From contig JAKIWQ010000004.1 in assembly GCA_022749935.1 (NCBI GenBank), forward strand, positions 2,286 through 66,285: a DNA stretch of 64,000 nucleotides. The letters are read 5' to 3'. This document shows, one piece after another, positions 54,820-63,831 of the stretch. The notes beneath the pieces are model-generated. The model did not search any database. It was not told the origin of the DNA and was given only the letters and a program-made list of their open reading frames with translations. This DNA comes from Thermoplasmata archaeon (lineage in GTDB: Archaea > Thermoplasmatota > Thermoplasmata > Lutacidiplasmatales > UBA184). Position numbers and translations under genes: made by a program. Position 1 is the stretch's first letter, and each line of letters begins with the position of its first letter.

Positions 54820-55239
54820 CTACGCCTTCGGTGCCGCGGGGTCTGCGGGGGGTTTCTTGGTACGGGTTCGAGGCTTGGATGCCGGCGGGGGCGATGGGTT
54901 CGGGGTTTCGGTCTCGGCCGGAGCCTCCGGCCTCGGGGGAACCGCGGCGGCGGGCGAAGGGGTCGGCTCTTTCGGCGGAACGGCCGGTCGGACGGGTTTC
55001 CCTCGGGAGGAGGACTTCCCGGCCGGTCGGGCGGCGGCGGCCGATCGGTCCGCGGCCCGCTTCAGCGCATGGGCCCGGGTCCACTTCAGGCGATGGCCGA
55101 CCCGGCCGAGGTGGAGCTGTTGCTTCCGGCAGGACGAGGTGCAGAAGTGGAAGATCGACCCGTCGCGCTTGACGAACATCGTACCGGTCCCCGGTTCGAT
55201 CTCCGCGGCGCAGAACGAGCACTGGCGCTTGACGACCAT
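54820..55239 (-). CDS. rpl24e: Ribosomal protein L24e with long Pro/Lys/Ala-rich C-terminal extension
   Basis: N-terminus MVVKRQCSFCAAEIEPGTGTMFVKRDGSIFHFCTSSCRK. A ~70-aa low-complexity tail follows the core. Confidence 0.82.
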   Translation of the reverse strand: MVVKRQCSFCAAEIEPGTGTMFVKRDGSIFHFCTSSCRKQQLHLGRVGHRLKWTRAHALKRAADRSAAAARPAGKSSSRGKPVRPAVPPKEPTPSPAAAVPPRPEAPAETETPNPSPPPASKPRTRTKKPPADPAAPKA

Positions 55240-55248
55240 GGTGGATCC

Positions 55249-55461
55249 CTACCGCACCGAGAGTTTGCGCGCTTCGCGGGCGGTCTCGCGCAGGATCAGG
55301 ACGTCCCCGAGGCGGATCGGGCCGGCCACGTTGCGAGTGATGATTTTTCCCCGGTCCCGTCCGGCGAGGACCCGGACCTTGACCTGCGTCGCTTCGCCCG
55401 CCATGCCCGTACGGCCGACGAGCTCGACGACCTCCGCGGGGGATCCCTTGTCTTCCGCCAC
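55249..55461 (-). CDS. rps28e: Ribosomal protein S28e
   Basis: 70 aa. The region [24 protein letters not shown]...GDVLIL is typical. Confidence 0.9.
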   Translation of the reverse strand: MAEDKGSPAEVVELVGRTGMAGEATQVKVRVLAGRDRGKIITRNVAGPIRLGDVLILRETAREARKLSVR

Positions 55462-55486
55462 GGTCTAGCCTCCGGTCGGACCCTGC

Positions 55487-55885
55487 CTACTTCTTGAGGT
55501 TCGGGAACTGGGCCGCGATCTCGTCCAGGAGGGCCTTGGCTTCCCCCGGCTCCACGACCGCCACGCTCGCCGCCGACTTGGAGAGGCCGGCCGACTGGCC
55601 GAGCCGCTGCTTCTTCGGGACGTAGACGTAGGGGATCCGCTTCTCCTCGCACAGCATCGGGATGTGGACGAGGATCTCGACCGGGTCGACGTCCTCGGCC
55701 ATGATGACGAGCTTGGCCTCGGACCGTTCGCTCGACTTCGTGACCTCGTTCGTGCCGACACGGACCTTTCCCGTCTCGCTCGCCACCTGGACGAGCTGCA
55801 GGGCCTTGTCGGAGAGTTCGGTCGGCGTCTCGAATCGTACGTAGATGGGTCGCGCCATGGTTCCTCGCGTCAGCGGAACCCCCAT
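55487..55885 (-). CDS. rpl7ae: Ribosomal protein L7Ae (K-turn binding)
   Basis: The region VQVASETGKVRVGTNEVTKS...KLVIMAEDVDPVEIL is typical. Confidence 0.92.
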   Translation of the reverse strand: MGVPLTRGTMARPIYVRFETPTELSDKALQLVQVASETGKVRVGTNEVTKSSERSEAKLVIMAEDVDPVEILVHIPMLCEEKRIPYVYVPKKQRLGQSAGLSKSAASVAVVEPGEAKALLDEIAAQFPNLKK

Positions 55886-55924
55886 CCGGGGGGTCCTCGG
55901 CTCACGGGTGGGTGCGTAGGGGCC

Positions 55925-55940
55925 ACGCTATTTAACGGTG
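55925..55940 (-). promoter_or_regulatory. TATA-box-like element (GTTAAATAG on the coding strand) upstream of rpl7ae
   Basis: An AT-rich motif 40-50 nt upstream of the rpl7ae ATG. The same TAAATAG core appears at 2186. Confidence 0.35.
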
Positions 55941-56000
55941 CCCGAAGGGCCGACTCCCTTCCAGGGGATTCGCCTCACCCGGGGGTCCGACCCTCGTCCC

Positions 56001-59000
56001 CTACGGTCCCGGTTCCCCGTAGGTCGTCTCGGGCGTCGTGTCCTCCGGTTCCCTCACCGGTGGGTGGGCCGGAGGCGTCGCGGTCGGAGGCGACTCGGCT
56101 TCCCCCTCCCCGTACGTCGTCTCTGGTGTGGTGTCCTCGGGCTCCCTCGCCGGCGGGTGGGTTGAGCTGGTCCCGGTCGGAGACGACTCGGCGGGGGGTC
56201 CGCGGACGCGCCGCTTCCGGGCGAACAGTAGGCCGAGCACCAGGGCCACGAGAGCCAGCCCCACGGCCGCGTAGACCCAGAGCGGGAGGGCGGAGCCCGG
56301 ACCTCCGGAGGAAGCAGAGGAAGCGACCACGGTGAGGGTCACTTGGTCCCCGACCGTTCGGTTCAACTGATCGGTCGCTCGCACGCTGACCGAGAACGTG
56401 CCCAGCACCGCGGGGAGGCAGCTGACCGTAGAGGTATTCGCACTCTGACATCCCGTCGGAAGGCCCCCGTACGCGTACGTCACCGCCCCGACCGCGCCCA
56501 CCAACGTGACGGTGAGGCGGGAGGTCGCGCCGAGAGAGACCAACGCCGGCGAAGCGACGAACGACCCGACGGCCAACGTCGGGGGGGTCGAGACCGAGAG
56601 GGTGAGCATCGCCTTCGAACGGCCGCCCTGGAGGTCGGTGACGTTGACCGTGACGGAACTGTTTCCGACCGCCGTCGGGAAGCAGTGAAGGACGGCGACA
56701 TTTCCACTGGTACACCCGCTCGGGAGTCCTGAGTAGGAGTAGCTCAGCGACGCCCCGGACGCGACGACCGTGAGGACGGTCGTCTCGCCGAGGTAGATCG
56801 AGCTCGCCGACGCGGTGAAGGACGTGATGGTCGGGAGGGGGATCCGATACACCGTGAGGGTCGCGTTCGCCTCCGCGGACTTTCCGTAGATGTTCGTGGC
56901 AGTGACGGTCACGGTGTAGTTGCCGACAACCGACGGGGTGCAGGCGAGGGCCGAGATGTTGGCCGATGCGCACCCCGTGGGGAGTCCGGTGTACGCATAG
57001 TTCATCCAACCGTACGCCCCGGTGGCCACGGTCTGGAAGACCGTTCCGCTCCCGTTCGGGATGCTCGGCGGGACGGCTTGGAACGAGGTGATCACGGGAT
57101 TCGGGTCGGGCAACACCTGGAGCGTCAGGTTGGCGGTCGCGGTCTTTCCGTAGGCGTTGGTGACCGTGACCTCGACCGGATAGCTTCCGAGGACCGTCGG
57201 GGTGCACCCGAACGAGGAGAGGTTCTGGCTCCCACAACCGGGGGGCAGTCCGGAGTAGGTGTAGGCCAGCCAGCCGTACGCCCCCGTCGCGTTGACGCGG
57301 AGGACGCTCGCGTTATGGAGGAAGATCACCGAGGGGGTCGCCGCGAACGTCTGGATCACCGGAGACGGGGCCACGCTCACGGAGAGGCTCGTGTTCGCGA
57401 ACGCCGTCACGAGGTTGGCGTTGGTCACCGTGACCTCGATCGTGTAGGAGCCCGACCCCGTGGGGGTGCACGCCAGGGACGAACTGTTGACGGTCCCGCA
57501 CCCGGCCGGCAACCCCGTGTAGGCGTACGCCAGCCAGCCATACCCACCCGTCGCGTTCACCATCAGGGTCGTCGCATTCCCGAGGAAGAGAGAGGGCGGG
57601 TTCGCGGAGAACGAGTGGATCTGGGGAGCCGGCAGGGTGTGCACCACCAGGTCCGTGAAGGCGGTCGTGGACCGTCCGGCTCCGTCGGTCACGAGGACCT
57701 CCACGCGATACTCGCCCCGCGAGGTCGGGGTGCACAGGAAGGAGGGCCCGTTCGTACTCGAACATCCGGGGGGAAGTCCGGAGTACGCGTACGATAGGGA
57801 GCCACTCCAACCTTTCGCCGTGACATTGAACGTGGTGCTTCCGCCGATCTGGACGCTCGCAGGGGCGGCCGTGAACGAAGCGACGTATGGGGCCCCGGAC
57901 GAGTTCGTGGGGAGGATGGAGATCCCGCCCCCGAGGACGTTGGCCACATAGAGGTCCCCGTTCCCCGGATCGTAGGCGAGGGACGAGGGACCAGCCCCCA
58001 CGCTCACATTCCCCAACGGCGAGAACGTCGTCGCGTTGTAGAACGTGAGGTTGTCGGTCGCGTAGTCCGCGGTCACGACCTCTTCCGTCCCGCTGAGGTA
58101 GGTCACGTCCGTGGGATCGGCCGTGCCGAGCGAGTAGGACGTGAGGGCGCGGCCGGTGCTCGCGTTGTACGCACCGAAGTAGGAGGGACAGAAGAGGCAC
58201 CCCTCCGCGACGACCATCGCGTTGGCGGCCGGGTCAAAGGTGATCGCCTCGGCCCGTCCTCCCGCGGGAAGCGGAACGTAACCGGTCACGTTGTCGGTGA
58301 AGGGGTCGATGATCGAGATCGTCGTGGTGTACCCCCCTGCGGTATTGTTCTGGATCCACAGTTCGCCCGTGACCGGGTCGTATCCGACCGCGTTGGGCGC
58401 GCCGCCGAAGGGGATGGTCGCCATGGTCAGGAGCGAGGTCGCGTTCACGACCGTCACGTAGCCGTTCGGCTGACAGAAATTGTCGACGTAGACGAACTGG
58501 TTCTCTGGGTCGTACGTCGCCCCGGAGGGGCTGCAGGATCCCGTGGCGAGGTTGGTGATGAGGTGGCCGGAGGTGGAGTTGACGACCCGAACCCCTGCCG
58601 TGGCCGCGACGAAGAGCTCGTGGAGGCCCGCAGCGTAGACGAGGGGGGAGGCGGACGGAAAGCTCGAGGCGGTAGGGTTCTCGTAGAACCCCCCGGTCCC
58701 GGACGGGCCGCTCAGGTTGAGGACCGTCCCGTAGGTCTCGGCGGTGGTCAGGAAGCCGGACCCGCGGAGCGGGTCCGCCACGAGGGTGGAGAGGACCGCT
58801 CCCGTCTCGATGTAGGTGATGCTCCCGAGCCCCGCGCCCGAGAGCACGCTCACGTTGTATCCCGCGACATCGAGGGCCCGAGCCGTCGGATCGTAGACGA
58901 GCTGGTTCGCGCCGTTTCCCGCGTAGACCGAGGGGCCAACCAATCGGGTGAGGAGGTTGACCGCCGTCAGGTTCGGCGAGGGGTACTCCGTCAGGTAGAG

Positions 59001-60080
59001 GGTGTGGAGGGAGGCATCGATCGCGAGCGCGGTGGGAAGGCCCGAAAATCCGATGGGCGCCAACAGCGTGTCCGTCGTGGCGTTGGCCTCGGTCAAGTTT
59101 CCGAGGGAGGCGCCGCCGGCCCCGTACGTGAAACTCGCGATGTAGAACGTCTGGCCCCCCGGCGCGACGACAAGGCCGACGCCGGTGTTGGCGTAGGTGA
59201 CCGAACTCAACCAGGCAAAGGTCGTGGCGTTGAAGATCGAGACGTTGCTCACCGAACTGTCCATGACCAGGAGCTCGTTCGTCAATGCATCGAATGCGGC
59301 GGCGAAGAGATCGGTCCCGAAGGTGACGTTAGTCTGGACCGTAACGGCCGTCGCGTTGATGACCGAAAAGGCTCCGTCGCCGTCGGCCAGGAAGACGTTG
59401 CCGGTGATCGTGTCGAGGGCCAGCTGCTCGGTCGAGCCGAAGGCGTTCCCCGCCGTGAGATTCGCCACGACTTGGTCGGTCGTGGTGTTGATGACCGAAA
59501 CCTCCCCCAAACCCGAATCGCCCACGTAGAGCTGGTGGGTCAGCGGGTCGAGCAGCATCGTGGAAGGGGTGGCGCCGGCGGGGAGGGAGATGATCGCGAC
59601 GACCCGGTCGAGCGTCAGGTTGATGACGTCGACCCCGTTGTGCGTCCCGCCCCCGCCCGTGGCCGCGACGTACAGCAACTCGCGTCCCGGGTCCACGGCA
59701 TCGCTCAGGTCGTTCGGTCGGTTGAGCGGTTGAAAGTTTCCGCCGACTAGGGTCTGGTTGAAGACCACGTAGGTCGAGTTCACGGCAGGCACGCTGGGAA
59801 ACGGTGGGGGCACCGCCGGCAGGCCCCGCGACGTTCCGATGCTGGAGAGCTGATCTACGGGGGTGAATGGTCGTCCGGAGTGGTTCCCAGCGAGCGCATT
59901 CGGCACCATCATCCCCGAAATGACAAACCCTGTGACCAGTATCCAGGCAAGGATGGTCGGGAGACGGCTCCGATTCGCGCGAGAAGACCCGGTACCACCG
60001 GGGGGCACTCGAACTGGCGTGGCCACCGGAAGTTCTGAACGCTGGAGTGAGGCGGGTCCGTCCGAGAATTGAGTCGACAC
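56001..60080 (-). CDS. Giant cell-surface glycoprotein: signal peptide, YVTN-type beta-propeller region, seven tandem ~90-aa Ig/PKD-like Cys-containing repeats, C-terminal TM anchor and repetitive acidic cytoplasmic tail
   Basis: The signal anchor ends in ALAG. YVTN-like repeats include LYVANVLGGGISIL. The repeat unit Y-x-YSGLPxGC...C.PT..G.Y...VTVT occurs 7 times. TM segment LWVYAAVGLALVALVLGLLFARKRR. The tail carries 2x PPxREPEDTTPETTYGE. There are dozens of NxS/T sequons. Confidence 0.8.
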   Translation of the reverse strand: MSTQFSDGPASLQRSELPVATPVRVPPGGTGSSRANRSRLPTILAWILVTGFVISGMMVPNALAGNHSGRPFTPVDQLSSIGTSRGLPAVPPPFPSVPAVNSTYVVFNQTLVGGNFQPLNRPNDLSDAVDPGRELLYVAATGGGGTHNGVDVINLTLDRVVAIISLPAGATPSTMLLDPLTHQLYVGDSGLGEVSVINTTTDQVVANLTAGNAFGSTEQLALDTITGNVFLADGDGAFSVINATAVTVQTNVTFGTDLFAAAFDALTNELLVMDSSVSNVSIFNATTFAWLSSVTYANTGVGLVVAPGGQTFYIASFTYGAGGASLGNLTEANATTDTLLAPIGFSGLPTALAIDASLHTLYLTEYPSPNLTAVNLLTRLVGPSVYAGNGANQLVYDPTARALDVAGYNVSVLSGAGLGSITYIETGAVLSTLVADPLRGSGFLTTAETYGTVLNLSGPSGTGGFYENPTASSFPSASPLVYAAGLHELFVAATAGVRVVNSTSGHLITNLATGSCSPSGATYDPENQFVYVDNFCQPNGYVTVVNATSLLTMATIPFGGAPNAVGYDPVTGELWIQNNTAGGYTTTISIIDPFTDNVTGYVPLPAGGRAEAITFDPAANAMVVAEGCLFCPSYFGAYNASTGRALTSYSLGTADPTDVTYLSGTEEVVTADYATDNLTFYNATTFSPLGNVSVGAGPSSLAYDPGNGDLYVANVLGGGISILPTNSSGAPYVASFTAAPASVQIGGSTTFNVTAKGWSGSLSYAYSGLPPGCSSTNGPSFLCTPTSRGEYRVEVLVTDGAGRSTTAFTDLVVHTLPAPQIHSFSANPPSLFLGNATTLMVNATGGYGWLAYAYTGLPAGCGTVNSSSLACTPTGSGSYTIEVTVTNANLVTAFANTSLSVSVAPSPVIQTFAATPSVIFLHNASVLRVNATGAYGWLAYTYSGLPPGCGSQNLSSFGCTPTVLGSYPVEVTVTNAYGKTATANLTLQVLPDPNPVITSFQAVPPSIPNGSGTVFQTVATGAYGWMNYAYTGLPTGCASANISALACTPSVVGNYTVTVTATNIYGKSAEANATLTVYRIPLPTITSFTASASSIYLGETTVLTVVASGASLSYSYSGLPSGCTSGNVAVLHCFPTAVGNSSVTVNVTDLQGGRSKAMLTLSVSTPPTLAVGSFVASPALVSLGATSRLTVTLVGAVGAVTYAYGGLPTGCQSANTSTVSCLPAVLGTFSVSVRATDQLNRTVGDQVTLTVVASSASSGGPGSALPLWVYAAVGLALVALVLGLLFARKRRVRGPPAESSPTGTSSTHPPAREPEDTTPETTYGEGEAESPPTATPPAHPPVREPEDTTPETTYGEPGP
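56036..56212. repeat. Direct tandem repeat, 2 x ~84 bp (~85% identical), encoding the duplicated Pro/Glu/Thr-rich C-terminal tail of the surface protein
   Basis: The two units are 56036-56118 and 56129-56212, aligned by eye. Confidence 0.55.
56230..58100. repeat. Tandem ~270-bp coding repeats (7 units) within the surface-protein gene
   Basis: The motif ccgtacgcccc(c/g)gt(c/g)gc / ccatacccacccgtcgc recurs at ~270-bp spacing and matches the protein-level repeats. Boundaries are approximate. Confidence 0.45.
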
Positions 60081-60179
60081 CCTTTCGCAGCCACCCCCGT
60101 CGCGTTGTACCCCGAGCCACGCACACCGATAGCCCTCACGGTCGAAGCCTCCCTCCCGCCCCCACGGGGCGGAGCGGCG

Positions 60180-62069
60180 TCACCCTTCGGTCGACATCAA
60201 CCCCAAAGCGAACGCGGCCCGCAACACTCCGATGTGCGTGAAGGCCTGGGGATAGTTTCCGAGCGGCTCCTTGGCCACAGGATCGAACTGTTCGGAGAAC
60301 AGGAGCAACGGGCCGGCCACGTCGAGCAGCGCACGCCAGTGGTCGAGGGCGCGGTCGGTCTGCCCGCTCTTCGCGAGCGACTCGACGAGCCAGAAGGAAC
60401 ACAGGAGGAAAGCGCCTTCCGGACCCTCGAGGCCGTCGTCCGACCGGTAGCGCTGGACGAACGGGCCGCGGCAGAGATTCTGCTCGATGGCCGCGATCGT
60501 GCCGAGAACGCGTGGGTCGTTCGGGGGCAAGAGCCCGTCCAGCGCGATCCGCAAGGCGCTCGCGTCCAGCACGGGCCGGTCGAACGCCTGGACGAATGCT
60601 CCCTGACGGTCGTCGAACCCGCGCGACAGGATGGCTGCCCGGATCTCGTCCGCGCCCCGGCGCCACCGGTCGATGGGCTCGGTCTTGCCGAGATCCTGCG
60701 CGATCTGGATCGCCCGGTCGAGCGCGACCCAGCACATCAGCTTCGAGTGGACGTAGTGCGCCGGGCGGGTCCGGAACTCCCATATCCCACTATCCGCGAG
60801 GGGCCACAGTTCGAGCGCCCGCTGGGCGAGCCGTTCGATGGTCGGCCATCGGTCCCGGACGAACGCCGGGTCGACCTGCTCGAGGAGGCGGGCCGAGTCG
60901 AGGATCTCCCCGTAGATGTCGAGCTGCCGCTGGTCGGCGGCGGCGTTGCCGACGCGAACGGGGCGGGAGTTCCGATACCCCTCGAGATGCGTGAGCTCCA
61001 CCTCCGCGGGCGGCGCCTGCCCGTCCACGGTGTAGACGGTCCGAAGCTCGTCGCCCTCCTGGAGCTGAGCGGCCCGGTCGAGGGCCCATCCCACGTACGC
61101 CCGGGCCTCGCTCAGGTGGCCCAGCAAGAGGAACACTTGAGCGGTGAACGCCGCGTCCCGGATCCAGACGTACCGATAGTCCCAGTTTCTCGGTCCCCCG
61201 AACCATTCGGGAAGGGAGGTGGTCGGCGCGGCGACGAACACGCCCGAGTCGGCATACGAGAGGAGCTTGAGGACGAGCTCCGAACGTTCCACCCAGGGGT
61301 GCCACCGGGCGGCCACTCGGCGCAGGGGGGCGTCGGTGGGGGAGACCCACCCGCGCCAGTACGCGTCGGTCACCGACAGGAGGTTGGAGGCGGTCGGCTC
61401 CTCGGGGGGAGGCTCCCCCCAACGGACCTGGGCGAACTTCGGGCTCCCGGGTTCGACCCTGCCGGTGGAGACGACGCCGACCCCGTCGGAGCGCCAGGGC
61501 CAGGGCGACGTGAGGGACAGCCGGGCCGCCCCGCTGTGCGCGACCGCCAACTCCCCCGACACATTCCAGCCGGGGACCGAGCGACCGTAGTCGAACCGCG
61601 GGTCAGCCTCGATACGAACCTCGATGGGCGCTCCCCGGGCCAGGAGGCGCCGGACGATGCGCGGATCCCCTCCGATGGTCGCCCCCTGGGGCCCCATGGG
61701 CATGAAGTCGGTCAGTACCAGGGTGACCGCCCGCCGCAACTCGAAGAACGTGGTGAGGACGTTCGTGCCCGGGACGTACTGCTGGTGAGAGACATACTTC
61801 GCGACGGGCGCGACCTGATGGAATCCCCCGTTGGGCCGGCCGAGGAGCCGGGCAAAGACGCTCGGACTGTCGAACCGGGGCAGGCAGGCCCAATCGACCG
61901 ACCCGTGCCGCGAGATCAACGCCCCGGTCTTCTCGTTCCCGATGAGTCCGTAATCGTTGACCGTCAGGGCCGGCGGTGACCGCTCCGGTCGGTCGTGGGG
62001 TGCGGCGGCAGCCGTCGACGCGGCGACGGGCACCGAGTCGGACGTCGACCCTGGGGGAGTACCGTTCAC
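60180..62069 (-). CDS. Glycoside hydrolase family 15 protein (glucoamylase/trehalase-like)
   Basis: Hallmark N-terminus DYGLIGNEKTGALISRHGSVDWACLPRFDSPSVFA, plus the (alpha/alpha)6 catalytic region. Confidence 0.82.
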   Translation of the reverse strand: MNGTPPGSTSDSVPVAASTAAAAPHDRPERSPPALTVNDYGLIGNEKTGALISRHGSVDWACLPRFDSPSVFARLLGRPNGGFHQVAPVAKYVSHQQYVPGTNVLTTFFELRRAVTLVLTDFMPMGPQGATIGGDPRIVRRLLARGAPIEVRIEADPRFDYGRSVPGWNVSGELAVAHSGAARLSLTSPWPWRSDGVGVVSTGRVEPGSPKFAQVRWGEPPPEEPTASNLLSVTDAYWRGWVSPTDAPLRRVAARWHPWVERSELVLKLLSYADSGVFVAAPTTSLPEWFGGPRNWDYRYVWIRDAAFTAQVFLLLGHLSEARAYVGWALDRAAQLQEGDELRTVYTVDGQAPPAEVELTHLEGYRNSRPVRVGNAAADQRQLDIYGEILDSARLLEQVDPAFVRDRWPTIERLAQRALELWPLADSGIWEFRTRPAHYVHSKLMCWVALDRAIQIAQDLGKTEPIDRWRRGADEIRAAILSRGFDDRQGAFVQAFDRPVLDASALRIALDGLLPPNDPRVLGTIAAIEQNLCRGPFVQRYRSDDGLEGPEGAFLLCSFWLVESLAKSGQTDRALDHWRALLDVAGPLLLFSEQFDPVAKEPLGNYPQAFTHIGVLRAAFALGLMSTEG

Positions 62070-62198
62070 CCTGGGCCTCCCCTCACGGGAGGCGGTCCCC
62101 GCCCGCGGGGTGCCGGCGCACGCGGTGGAAGTGACGGGACCGCGAGACCCTTCGGGAGCAATCCGTAACTATTCCGGGGCCCGTCGTGCACGATCACG

Positions 62199-63113
62199 AT
62201 GACTGCACCGACTCCGGCACGTAACGAGGACTCCGTGCACCATATCCGTTTCCGCGCGGGGAAACCGACCCGAAGCCCCCGGGGGAGTGCGCCCTCCGCG
62301 GGGACCGCGAACCCGGAGCGGAGGGGACGCCGCCCTGCGGGGCCACTACCGGTAGGCGTCCGGTCCCGCCGAGACAGCCCGCCTCCACGACCACGGGCTT
62401 TCGTAAGCGATCTCGATCGCACCCTCCTGCGTCCGGGGGGTCGACCTACGGAGTGGGCGAGGGCAGCGCTCCAGACGGCGCGAGCGATGGGCCTGCGAAC
62501 TATGTTGGTCTCCGGTCGTACCTATTCGGACCTCACCCGCCTCGCGCGTCCCTTCGGTGCGTGGGACGCGCTCGTAGCGGAGAACGGGGCGGTCGTCGAA
62601 GCGCCTTGCGGGTCGTCGCCACTGGTCCTCGGGAGCGGAGTGGGCGCCGCCGTGCGTCGTCGACTCCGGACCTACGCGGGCAAACGCCCGGAATTTGGAA
62701 GGGTGGTCGTCTCCTTCCCTCGACGGGAGCGCCGCTACTTCCTACAGGCCTTGCACGGGCTACCGGTCGATATCATCGCGAACGTCGACCGGCTGATGGT
62801 CCTCCCCCTCGGGGTGACGAAGCGGTCGGGCGTCCGTCTCGCATTGCGCCGTCTCGGGTTGGGGGGAGCGGGGTATGCGGCCATCGGAGACGCGTCGAAC
62901 GACCTCGAGCTCCTCGACGGCGCGTCACTCTCTGGCGCCGTAGCGAACGCGGAGTCGACCGTGCGGTCGACCGCCGATTATGTCTGTCGCGGGTCGTTCG
63001 ACCGCGGGGTCCTCGAGTTCGTCTCGGGCCCGTTGTGGGCGCGGGTCGGAGGCGGACCCCCGTGGCCCGGACTCACCGGCGGCCCGCTCGGACACGGTCG
63101 AGGACCTCGGTAA
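62199..63113 (+). CDS. HAD-superfamily hydrolase, subfamily IIB (Cof/sugar-phosphate phosphatase-like; possibly trehalose-6-P or mannosyl-3-phosphoglycerate phosphatase)
   Basis: Motif I FVSDLDRTLL. Motif III/IV AIGDASNDLELL. It is divergent from the GH15 gene. The start is uncertain: ATG 62199 or GTG 62235. Confidence 0.58.
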   Translation: MTAPTPARNEDSVHHIRFRAGKPTRSPRGSAPSAGTANPERRGRRPAGPLPVGVRSRRDSPPPRPRAFVSDLDRTLLRPGGRPTEWARAALQTARAMGLRTMLVSGRTYSDLTRLARPFGAWDALVAENGAVVEAPCGSSPLVLGSGVGAAVRRRLRTYAGKRPEFGRVVVSFPRRERRYFLQALHGLPVDIIANVDRLMVLPLGVTKRSGVRLALRRLGLGGAGYAAIGDASNDLELLDGASLSGAVANAESTVRSTADYVCRGSFDRGVLEFVSGPLWARVGGGPPWPGLTGGPLGHGRGPR

Positions 63114-63831
63114 GGCGCTTGTTCGTTTCGGCGGTGATCGCGTCCCGGTCCTCCGGCCGCCGGAGCATGAGCGTGAGGGTGAGGTCGGTGGACTGCGGGG
63201 AGCGCGCCTTGGTCGTGACGACGGGCGGGAACCGTGGGTCGAGACGTGCCCGGAGTTTCGAAAGGGTCTTCAGAAGGTCGCTCTCGAATGCCGGCAGGTC
63301 GATGTTGCCGCTGATCGAGACGGGAATGATGACCTCCTTCCACGCCTGAGGGGACGTGTTCACCACGACGTCATGGATCATGGACGCGTTCGGGACCGAA
63401 ACGAGCTGCTCCTTGTCGGAGAGCAGCACGGTCGTCATCGGGTTGATCTCGATGACCTTTCCCGAGTACCCTTTCACTTCGATCGTATCGCCGACCTTGA
63501 AGGGCGTGTAGATGTCGGAAAAGTACTTCGCCCCGTAGTTTCCGAGCGGGTCCCGGAGTGCGACGAGCGCCGTCACACCGAGGAGGGCGACCACCAACAA
63601 CAGGATGTCCGGACTCACGCCGAGCGCCTGGAGGGCGAGCGTCCCCCCAATCAGTCCGACCATGACGACTGCGAGGCGGCGGGCGGCCACCGCCATCTGG
63701 GGACTCCCTCCTCGAATCAGACGACCCACCAGCCATCCGACCAACCAGGCGAGGAGGACGGTCAGGGCGACGATCACGGCGACCGGCCAGTACGGTAGGA
63801 GGAGGTTCAGGAGCGATGCGAGTCCGATCAC
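63073..63831 (-). CDS. Small-conductance mechanosensitive channel (MscS family)
   Basis: Three N-terminal TM helices, then the conserved beta domain VGDTIEVKGYSGKVIEINPMTTVL. The GTG start at 63831 overlaps the stop of the upstream partial gene (GTGA). The longer ORF extends to 63894. Confidence 0.72.
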   Translation of the reverse strand: MIGLASLLNLLLPYWPVAVIVALTVLLAWLVGWLVGRLIRGGSPQMAVAARRLAVVMVGLIGGTLALQALGVSPDILLLVVALLGVTALVALRDPLGNYGAKYFSDIYTPFKVGDTIEVKGYSGKVIEINPMTTVLLSDKEQLVSVPNASMIHDVVVNTSPQAWKEVIIPVSISGNIDLPAFESDLLKTLSKLRARLDPRFPPVVTTKARSPQSTDLTLTLMLRRPEDRDAITAETNKRLTEVLDRVRAGRR

